64,000 bases of DNA from the NCBI GenBank assembly GCA_965649765.1, contig OZ287749.1:7564001-7628000 (forward strand), in the 5' to 3' direction. The notes under the pieces are model-generated. The model saw nothing but the letters and a program-made list of their open reading frames with translations, did not search any database and was not told the origin of the DNA. This stretch comes from Bispira polyomma. Its lineage: Eukaryota. A program made the position numbers and the translations under genes. This document shows positions 42,201 through 54,200 of the stretch, one piece after another; within the stretch, counting starts at the first letter, position 1; each line of letters starts with the position of its first letter.

Positions 42201-45200
42201 ATATACCTTTAGTTTGTGGCTCAGATAGAATATAGTGTAAAGCCTGTAATGTCTAGGGATATTTGTTTAGTCTTTTTAGTATAACTCCACTTCTGGTTAT
42301 ATGTCTAACTGTGTCATTGATTATGTTCGAGTTAAACCTACTATTGACGTCATTAATGTATCTGTATATTACACAGAACCTTGCCCAAGACGTGACGTCC
42401 TACCAGCGTGTTATAGACGGAACCCTAGATAAAGCACAGAGTCTGGCCAAGACCAGTAGTGACCCCAAACTGTCTGAGAACATACAGAAACTGAACCAGA
42501 GATACAGGGCACTGTGTACACAGTCTAAGGTAACATAGCCACCAACAGTTTACAGAAATGAAAAGTACTGCAGGAAAAGTACATCTTCAAAGTTTAATAC
42601 ATTGGTTTATCATGGGTATAGCTTGCTTAAAATCAATTTTTGGCACATGATAATGTACATTTCTTAACCCAAAAAACCCATGTTCTGTTATTGATGACTG
42701 GCACAGAGTCCTCGCCATTTGTAGTCTTCGCTGATATTCCTACTATAATGTATTTTGATGTAAACATATCCATCTTTACTTGGTGTATGTAAGCAGTATT
42801 TACATGTGTATATTGTTTTTGTCATATACATGTGTGTGGTCTCTAGTGGCCTAGTAGTTAGGGAGTTGGTCTGGTGATCAGAAGGTCCCTGGTTCAACTT
42901 CCATTGGGGGAGTTGGTTCGGTGATCGGAAGATCCCCGGTTTGACTCCTGTAATGTCCCAGGTTCATTGGTGGGATAATATCGTGGAGCAAGATGTGAAC
43001 ACGCCATTGCCTTCTGATCTAGGCTATGTTGTAGGACACATGATTGGTTGATTGATTCGGTTGTTGCACTTTATACGATGCCTTGCATCAATAAAAGCAT
43101 GTTAAAAATATGTAATAGAATACAATAATAATCCATTGCCACCCCATGTTTCAGGAGCGTGTGAGTGTATATGAAGACATTGTGAAGGCTCAGCAGTCCT
43201 ACCAGAATGCGTTATCAGAGTGTCGGGAGTGGCTGAGTAACATGGAGGAGAGACTCCAAGTGTGTAGGGATATGGGAGGGGATAGACACACAGTACAGAA
43301 CAGACTGGATAGATTACAGGTAAGAGGGGGTGAGGGAGACTGTGGTGTGTGGGTGCTGGTAATATGGAGGAATGTAGGAGTGTGTAGGGATATGGGAGGC
43401 AATAGGCATACAGTACAGAACAGATTGGATAGATTATAGGTAAGATAATAGGGGTTTGTATGTGTGGGAGGGGGTTGGTAAAGGTGAGGGGGTGGGTGTT
43501 AGAGGTGGGGTAATATGGAGGAACATGTTACAGGTAAGATAGGGGGAGGTGGCATGCCAGGGTGAGTCACATACAGGAGAGACTCCCAAGTGTGTTAGGA
43601 CATGAACAGAGGGTGTGTGGTTTGTCGGAAGAGGGATGTTAGAGCAAGAGGTGGAATGGACAAGGGTAGGGTGAGGGGTGAGAGGGTGGGGCAATGGAAT
43701 GAGTCGGTGGGGCAAGGGGTGAGAGGGTGGGGCAATGGAATGAGTGGGTGGGGCAAGGGGTGAGAGGGTGGGGCAATGGAATGAGTCAGTGGGGCAAGGG
43801 GTGAGAGGGTGGGGCAATGGAATGAGTGGGTGGGGCAAGGGGTGAGAGGATGGGGCAATGGAATGAGTCGGTGGGGCAAGGGGTGAGAGGGTGGGGCAAT
43901 GGAATGAGTCGGTGGGGCAAGGGGTGAGAGGGTGGGGCAATGGAATGAGTCGGTGGGGCAAGGGGTGAGAGGGTGGGGCAATGGAATGTGTGGGGCAAGG
44001 GGATCAGGGGGTGAGTTGAGGATGTTAGTGGCTAGAATAATGGGGTGAGTGGGTCAACAAGGTGAGAGGGTGGGGCAATGTTGTGAGATCTAACATCAGG
44101 GTTTATGGATTAAGGGATAGAGTGCATCTTAAAAATTTCTTTTTAGTCAGTGAAATAATTTTGCCGATTTTTCTGCTTCTTAAATCTATCATTACTGACA
44201 GTGTGTGATTGTATGCTTTGTGCTTGTACCACCTGATTTGTGGCATGAACTGTCCCAAGAGTGTGTCATGATTAACTTCTTTTAATGATTATACTGTAAG
44301 AAGTACAGTCTGCATGTTCATGTATATGATTGAAACAATCACAAAATAATCCTGTTCAATTAAAATGTGAATTTCAAGGTATAAGTTGTATCCTCAAAGT
44401 TCATGTTGAAGGCATATGGTCTGACCCAAGTTTGACCTTGAAGCATGACCATGGTGGCCTCTTTTGTTAGAATTGCTTGTTTCACAATCACATGTCTCTC
44501 ACCGATGTGGGATTGTATGTTGATCATTCCTTCATGTGTGGGGAAGTTTTTTAGTTGCTTGCTGTAGTACGGTGGTTTACAGTGCTTCAGCACTGGTTTC
44601 TTCCACCATTGAATCTGCCATATGACCGAAGTTTTTGAAAGTCACATAAAACTCAACTAAATTCAAATGTTGTTTCCCTTGTATCTATGTCCAAAATCCT
44701 CATGGTTGGAAATAGGTTATTGTTACCTCCAATGGTATTTACCATGAACTTATGAATATATCTGTATAGGTGATCATTGTAGTTACCCTGTTTTGGACAG
44801 CCATGATTTAATTCATAATTTATGTAGTATGGTCATGCTTCATGTTTTCTGCGCTACGGGGTTTTCGGCGTACCGCATTAACTTTGTAGGTATTTTACAA
44901 TAAAAGTAATTTTATTATGTACGCCGAAAACCCCAACGATCATTATACCAGTATATTCATCAGTGTTACTTATATCACTTTTACAATGAACTATTTTGGG
45001 CAGATTATTTATTTATTTGATCAAAATAATCATACTAATGTCAAATTTGTAAAATATATTAATTTCTTACACAATAAAATTGTTGCAAAAATACTGATTA
45101 TTGTTTATTAACGTTCAGAGAACAATTACAGATTATAGCCATTGATTTAAGATGATTTATGTGCATGTGTTAATGGTGCCCCCCCTTGTTTTATCCCTCA

Positions 45201-48200
45201 TAGCGGAGATGTGTAAGTGTGGTGTATAAATGTGTACCATGCACCTTGTGTCTCTCTGTGTACATAGCTTTGTGGAGAAACACCCCACGCTTTGTATTCA
45301 AAATCTATTGAATTTTGAATCCCCCAATATTTCAAAACTGACGAAAATGTGTTTGTTGCATAAAGATCTTCTACTGACGAGCTCAGTAGAACTTCTACTA
45401 TCTGGACAAGTTGGGAAGAGCTAAATTTTATTAGGATGATAGAACATTCATAAAATAGAAGTTGTATTGTAGAAGAAAACAATAGGAAAACAAAGTTGGG
45501 AGAGTGAAATGGTGTACTACATATTTTAACATCAGATATTTGGCTAATAGAAGTTTGGATAATGGGGGTTCTACAATAATATCTGTAACAATTACTGAAG
45601 ATTTGATTTTCACAATATTGACTCATTGAATTGGACGGCCACTGATTCCCTGTTATATATAAAGATTACAGTGTGTGATCAATGAATAACGTCATGGTAA
45701 CAGCTGTTGGAAGATTTTAAATGGCATTATTTTCTTGATCTAATTGTAATAATTCCTCTATGTATTAACAAACTGCCTCCTGTTTGCAATGTTTTAATCC
45801 TGGAATTACTATGGTTACTGACATACTAATATTTCTGCAATGTGTGTTGTTTTATAATAAACACACCCTCTGGATTTGAAGTGTTGCACCTATGTAAGCT
45901 TTCAAAGTATACTGACTTTTCTTGAGGAACTGTTTGTCCTCAATAGGGCTGCAATAGGTAGGAAAGACCGGAATATTTGAGTACTCTTATAACTAAAACT
46001 GATTGACTCGAGTATTCATGGGGTTTAGTATGTACCTATGACAAGTATTTAGTCAACTTTGGAGGAAAAAAAAAATTACCAGATATTGTAAAGTGTACAA
46101 TGAGTTGTTGATCATTATTGGATCAAAAATCTCCCATAGTTTGATGCTATTGGGCCAAAATGAGTACACACAGAAGGCATTTTAAGCAGCATTGCGATAA
46201 CGCAATTTTTTCAAGAAATCGAGAGTTTGAGACATTTTATGGAATCACACTTATTGTCTCAAATGTTCGGGGGAAAACTATATCAGATACTAATTGCCTT
46301 AGAGACCGGTGGTTTACACTATGAAAGAGAGATTTGTCCATAGTACAGGGGCGATATTCACATGTCTTAACTTTGTCTTAGCTTAAGATTTTGGTCTTTG
46401 ATTTTGGCCGCAAAGGTTAAGATTTTTGGTCTTAATCCAGTGACAGTAAGAAAAGATTGTTGGTTAGTGATAACTTTGCACCAACAGCCACTGGATTCCC
46501 CAAAAATAAATCTGGCCATCCCTTTAGAACACCAGATGTTGAAAAATTAGGTAAAATCCCAAATAAATTGAAACTTAAAATAGTTATGCATGTTAGTTAA
46601 TTTGTTCCACCAGCACACTCGGGAAAATTAATGCCAAATAATTTCAGTAAAACCTTGAAAGAGTGTGTAATTGTACATAAAAGATGGGAGTGAATCAATT
46701 GCATGTACCAATGTTGTATGAATTACCCATTAACAAGTTAACAACTCTGTACAGAAAATATTGTTGTAAATATTAACAGTAGTAAAACGTTGGACGGGTA
46801 ATATGAACGGATTCATTTATATTCATTTATATTTATTTAAAGATATTAATATTTTGATTAAGTGATTTCTCTGTACCAGTTAATATCACAAAATCACCAG
46901 TAAAGAGCTTATGTAACTGATTTCTATGGTTTGTTTTTGATCGATTTACATCTTTCACATTTAATGATCCAGTGTCCTTGTACTGTAAGTGTATATCTTC
47001 ACTATTACGTTATACATGTTCTCATATGTTAACATACATTCTTAACTGATAAAATTGTTGTTTGATTTCAATTTTTAATCATGACTGATTTTCTTGTTAA
47101 AATTTTCTCTAAAAACCAAAGATTTGTTTGAACTAAATTTTAACATTATTTACCTCTATAAACTTTACCTTTTTCATGGTTAATACACTAAAATATTAGA
47201 GAATTACATAAATTTATTCCATTATTTGGTGATGGGTTTATAATATGCTTAGCTATACAATTATATTTATTGCATGTATAGAAGTTATGTATGGAAGTTA
47301 CCTGAAAGCTTACAAAGATGTTGACATTTCATTAACAGGATATTAGGAAAGCCCAAAGCGAAGGGGAACCACGAATCAATGATGTCATAGTTCAGAGTGA
47401 GGCTGTCCTCCCTAATACAGCAGCAAGGGGGCAGGAGCTTATTGTGAGGGAGACCGAACAAGTAAAGACTGATTGGCAGGAACTGATGAATGGATTGGAA
47501 GAGGTAAGGATGAAACTGACCAGTCTATACTTTGTGACCTAGCGGCAAGAGTATTTGACTTTGGATCAGAGGGTCCCAGGTTCAATGCTCACTGCTGGCC
47601 TGGTGATTATACTCTTGGACACTTCACACCAAGTTACTTGTCTCTACCCAGGTGTATAAATTGGTATCTGGCTGCTAGTGGGTGTTAGTCTTTGTGCGCC
47701 GTATGTGGCAGCACGGCTAATATGCTTCCTGAGGGAGCTGATACTGAACAATTGGTTGGCAAGTAGTCAGATGAGGCCTCATCATGTGTGATATCAGACT
47801 ATAAACCTACATTGACTTGTCTGTGGAGTGACCACTGTTATAAACTGACCATTCTGTTCTTGTACTTGTAGACTGAGGAACAGCTGACCCTGTGTGTTCA
47901 GCAGTGGATTGATTATGAGGAGATCAGTGAGCGCGTGGGTGGCTGGCTGAAAGATGTGGACACTGAACTGAGAACCGTGGAACTCTGTGGTACATTACAA
48001 GAAAAACACCAGAGATTGCAGCATATTAAGGTAGGACCTGTGTGTTAACAGAGAAATGGGGAATGTTACAGTGTTAAGGTCGAAATTACATCATATTAAA
48101 GTAGTAACTCTGTGTCATTTTACAGAAACAGAAGCAGAAATTATTTGCTAAAAATTACAAATATGTCAAGATTTGTCAAGCTATATATATCTAAAAGCTC

Positions 48201-51200
48201 ATTGTACAATTTTCAAGCAGAGTAGGCCTAATTATATTAATCTGTGTACAATGTTTAGGCAATCCCAGCCTATTGTATTAATATGTGTACACTTTTTCAG
48301 GCAATCCACGATGATCTGAACACTCGTCAGGCAGAACTAGACGAGTTAACAGACAAGTGTCAGGCACTAGCTCGGACCTCAGGGGACACCAGACTGACCT
48401 CTCAGGCTAGTCAACTCAGTACCAAGTACCAGTCACTGGAACTCAGTGTCAAGGTTAGTAACAAAGGTCACAGGGGTTAATTGATAAACACTCAGTGTCA
48501 AGGTCAGTCAACCCAGTACCAGGTACCAGTCACTGACACTCAGTGTCATGCTCAGTCACCAAGGTCACTGACGTTAAATTGTAAACACTCGGTGTCAAGG
48601 TCAGTTACCAAACTCACAGGGGTTAAATAGTAAACATAAGTTCTAGGTCATTATCAGATGCGTGGTTGTACGGATTCTGTAATTGCAAATGTATGATATT
48701 TTCGGTGACCATAGTGTGAAGTATTGTTTTTGTAAGAACAGAACATGTTTATTTGCTGTTAGGGCACAAGCCTCTTGCACATACATATACATAAAAATAA
48801 CTAACAAAAAGAACATACTCAATATTTGATTAGCACATCATATATGTCATTTTAATAACAAAAATAAGTGCTTCAAAGAACATCAATTGTAATCATTAAG
48901 TAGTAAACTGTCAGTTAAATTTAAATTACACTTTAACCTCTATTATTCAAAATTCTATTACCTGAATATTGAATTCTTAGAACTTGTTTTCAGTCTGTTA
49001 AATTTAGTTATTTCTGTTGTTATACAGGAGCTGGTGCGTAGGTGGGAGCAGTATGTGTTGGATCATGAGAAGTATGAGGACGCTTACCACAACTGTTCTG
49101 AGTGGCAGAAAGATCAGGCCAGTAAACTGAGATCTTGTACCTCAACAGAGGGGGATAGGGTCACACTGAACAACAGGCTGAGTAAACTACAGGTATTAAG
49201 ATTTTAAGATTTTGATTATCATTTAACTTAGCCCCTTACAATTTGATCTGATAAAAAAATAAACACTAAAAAAAAGTGTGATAATGAAATTTGTTTCTTT
49301 TCACACTTTTTTTCTCGATTTTCCAGGAAGTTCTCCAAAACAAAGAAGAGGGTTAGTCCTCCCTTTAGCAAGCTATGCACGCGACCCACTTAGTACAGAC
49401 AGTAATTCTCTCACTGCTTTCCAACTTTCCAGGAAGGTCTCTAGAACAAAGAAGAAAGGTTACTCCTCCCAGCAGCTAAGCACTTGGTGGTGTAATGGTT
49501 AACAAACTTGCCTCACACCTCTGGGGTGGTGGGTTTCGAATCTTGGCTGCGACTTTATGTGGGAAAGTTGGCTGTAACTTACCCAGTGGTTTATAGTGCA
49601 GAATATTGACCAACTAATATACACTGCCCCCACCAATGAAATTACCCGTCAGTGATATGACCTATACAATGTGTTGAAAGTGACGTTAAAACCCATAACC
49701 AGATCAAATTACAGTCAGTAATTACTCGTTTTCTAACTTTCCAGGAAGTCCTCCAGAACAAAGAGCAGGGTTACTCCTCCCTCCAGCAAGCTGTGGACGC
49801 GGCCCACTTAGTACAGCCCAGCACGTCTGCCCCGGGTAAGGACCACATCGCGGAGGATCTGCAGGGCTTACGTCAGGACTGGGAGGACATGATTTCACTG
49901 ATGAGCGGTGGAAAGTCCCGCCTAGAAACGGCCCTCACCCACTGGGATCACCATGATGACACAGTGACGGCACTTAACAAGTGGCTCACGGACATGGAGG
50001 ACAACCTAAAGCAGGAGAGTGCACTCCAGGCCACCTTGTCTGAGAAAAGGTCACAGCTAGAGAGGGTCAAGGTCAGTACTCAATCTGCAAGCTGCACTTT
50101 ATAAATTATCTGTCTTTTTGTGATTGCACCGATTTCATTTTTATTGTGGCACCAATTTTAAGCGAGAACACATTTATTGTGTATATCTAAAAATATTAAT
50201 ACCGGAGTATGTTTAAGGGGGTTGCCGACATCATAGGACACTGTATATTTTGGGTACTGTCGGAAAGGCTTAGTGCTCTGAAAAAATGATTAATCTGTCT
50301 TTATTTTCATTAAGTCTGACTTCATACTTACAAAGTTAGGCACTTTTGTGACGAAAAAAATTGCCATCTTAAACTTTTTCTGCTGTGATCTGTCACAGCA
50401 ATATAATAGTAAAGATATACATTTTATATCCCGTGCTGTATTGCATATCAAAACATCCTATTTCATGGCCGGGTGGATAAGAAAACAATTTACTTGTTGA
50501 TGGCCTCCCCTTCCTTTAAATTGTGGGCAACAGCTTGTATGTATTCAATGTTTTCTAGAGTTAGATATTTCTAACAGTAACTGGAATCTAAGTGTTTTGC
50601 TATCATTGTTTTCTGACTAATATTTTATGATACACTTCTGTAATAATGCACTGTTATAAAGACTCTAATAAAAGTACTTTATTCTCTTTATTTCAAGCAC
50701 CACTAATAAATATTGTAGTAACCGTTTTCTTGCGTCACACACTTTTCTGGTAGAGTAGAATTTGTATTTCTTTTTTGAACGAAAAGTCAATAAGACTATA
50801 AACCTGTAGGATTTGAACCTGTATAAACATGTATGAACCAGATGTAATTCATAGAATTACGTCAGTGAAAAAGTGTTGTATTGTGGAAATAACTTGTTGT
50901 ATCTGTTGCATTCATTGTGTCATCTCTATATTAATTATAATAACTGATTAATATTAAGTTCTAACTTTAGAAAATAATCAATGTGTTTAGGGTGCAAAGC
51001 GTAGCGTTTCCCTACAGGAGTCAACTGTACAGGAAGTCACGGACACGGCAAGTCTCACTTCACCCCTTCATTATAGCTTTGCCTCCTGTTTATACAGCCT
51101 AATCCCTGCTTATATCAATACATTGTTAACACACACACACATGAAATGACTGTTGGTCAAATTTTATGAAAATCTGAAGATTATACATTTAAATTGATGT

Positions 51201-54200
51201 CTATTTCAAAGTGTACTAGATATGTCAAATTTATTTTTAAATTTGAATTTAATTTTAAATTCGAGTATGTAATAGAAACCTGTGGCCGTATTCTCGAAAG
51301 GAACTCCAGCTCAAACTCAGACTCAACTCAAGTGACGGCCTATGTGAAAGTCATTGTATCTAGACGTAACCTGTACTTATTACCATTTATTTTAATAGAG
51401 TTTTCAGTGCTGAATTCAAATATGCACTCAGATTTTACTTAACTTAACCCTAGCCAGAGATAAGTGAACTTTTATTTTGAGTCTGAGTTGAGCTTGAGAT
51501 CTTTTGAGAATATGGCCACAGTAGTATAGATTTGAGAACAGCCCTTGTTGTGTGTGTGTGTCACCAGTGTATGCCCTTAGTGCTCGAGTTTGTTCCTGCT
51601 TTGGTGATTGGAATTTACAAACGTTTATGTGTAAAGTTTTGGGGGCATGACAATTAGTGATGCTGGTTTTATTAGTGGGTAAATTGTTTGGGTTGGTGGA
51701 GATCGATATCGAACATGAAATTACTTCAGCCGATATATCAGCCGATATTAGGACACAGAAAAGAAAGTTGTGAAGAAACTAGAATGTATTTCCAAAACGA
51801 AAAACCTGCCTGAATAAAACTGGAAGTGAAAACCGCTAAATATGTTTACAAGTGAAAATGGACTTAAAATGGACATCACTTATTATTTAAAAGGTATTAA
51901 CCATAAAATAAAATAAAAAGTGTTGTATAAATGTTGTCCCAAGGTGTAATATGTGTCTATTATGATATGTCTATGTGTCTGTTATGTGTTTGTATTACAC
52001 ATCGATATTGGCACGCAAAAGCCCGAACAATAAATAAATATCGGTGATATGGATAAACAATTTACTCACTAGGTTTTACTAAACTTTGCGCCTTAGAATT
52101 TGATAGCGCCTTAGAAGTTGAAAAATCCAAAATAGACACCTACAGTCCCAGTCTGAGTTTACAACTAAATATCTAAATAGAAAAATATATTTCTTATACT
52201 CCCAGTTATTTTTAGTCTAGGCATCCATTCCTCAAAAAATTACATTGGCTTGCCATTCATTATCAAATTCTGCTTAAAAATCCTTCTACCTCGCTACTCG
52301 TCTTTCCTCCAGTAACCTCAACAGAGGAAAGAGACTTCCTGTTTCCTCTGTATAACCCACCACGAGGGCTGGATCTAGAGCTTTCTGAAGCGCTGCCCCT
52401 AGGTTATAGAATGGTCTTCCAGTCTAGGTTAGATTACTAGAAACACTTTCTGGATTTAGGAATAAATTTTTTTAGTTCCCTCGCATCCTTCCTTTAGAAG
52501 ATGCCTCGTATTGTAAGACTCTAATTGTCATATTATTTCTGTGTGTAAAAATATGTTTTTGTAAAACCCCTCAAAAAAAAAATTGTTAAATTTTAAGGGC
52601 AAACAGGTTAAATATTAGTCAGATTGATCCTGTTGATTGCATGCTTGGTTTTGGGAAACTTCAATGTAGATATTGCAGATTAATAGCTTTGTGGCTGTCA
52701 TACTTTTGCGTGCTCCGCCAAAGAATGTTTGTATCTCTTCGCTTGTTTGCCATATGGATTATTACACAAAAACTAGTGGACTGATGTACATGAAATTTGG
52801 TGGAGGAATGTGATATGGAAGATTTCATCAAAATTTGGAGTGGATTCTGATAGCAGTTTAAGGAAAAAAAATTCTACACTTTTGACACTTTGGTCATGTG
52901 TGGTGCCCTGGCGGAGGTATGCACTCTACTGAATGGCCCTTGTAGGTTGTACTTTATTTGCCGTTTAATGATGAAGGCATCAAAAATTTACTTTATCCGG
53001 TTTCTTCCACCATTAAATCTGCCCTTCGTGATATTGGCCTAAGCTGTTAAAAGTGATGTGAAACCCAACTAAATTCAAATTCTGAAGCTCTTCACTTTAA
53101 GGACTTTGTAGTGTTTTGTGTAGCATGTCAGATGTCATAAATCCTAAATTAGTATTGCAGTTTGATTTGAATTATTCGTATTCAGAAAAGCATGGAATGC
53201 TTGCAGTATTTTTTGTTTCATCCATATATCATTAATTTCTGTGAATTAAACTCTTACAATCGTTATTTGTTCTACAGACACGATTTGTCTCAACTCTTTG
53301 TAACTTTGCTGCCTTTTCATGTCTTTTTTTATATTAGTTATGTTTGACCTATGATTATTAGATGACCTTTGGCCTCATTTTGAAAAACGAGATGGTAGTT
53401 GTGTCAACTTTTTTACTGATGATGTTTTGCAGCTCCGGTGGATACAACATGCATTTGTCCTCCTATTCAATCTGTCTAATGTTGTTATATTCACAAATAT
53501 TCATTCATATCTTGGCCATTAAATTGTAGCCTGTCTATTAGTATAGAGGTTTGTTTCAGCTTTTGATACAAATATGTCTGACAGGGTAATATTCCTTTTT
53601 TTGTTCACAGATCCAATCTGTAAAAGTGTCTAGTCAGCAAGCGACAGTGACCGCTGCTAATGAGCGAGGAGTGACCTTGACCCAAGCTACCCATGACCCT
53701 CAGATACAAAGTGACACCACTCAAGTGGTCAAACGCTATAATGTGGTCAGACAGACCGCAAAGGTGGGTGGTCAGTATGCTTCACAGGTGACCGAGAGGG
53801 GAATGTAGAAAAACAGTTTAAATTTTTAGGCAAATTATCAGCGAGATAGATATGTGCAGTGTAAACTTCTTTGAGTGAAACATTGTAAAGTTAGCTTTGT
53901 CTTTAAATGGAGAAAAGTCTGTGGTCCCTTGAAGGCCTTTACTATTAAATTGTACTTTGTGTTAAGTGGAATACCTGCTAAAGTAGAAGTACTTCTCGTG
54001 GTCCATTGAGGTTCTACTTAAAAGGGTTTAAGTGTATCGGAGTCGAGTTCTTAGAAAATTAATATTTGATGTAATATTACAATCTGTAATTCTACAAATT
54101 TGTGGTTATATTGACTGCACAATAAAAATCCAGGCTCTAAATTTCAAAATTTGTACTTTTACTACAGACATTAAGTGCTTGAACCTCACATTAGTTTAAA

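Noticed and set aside
43434-43998. Three Pro/His-rich minus-strand ORFs
   Set aside because: Antisense reading of the 41-bp G-rich minisatellite.
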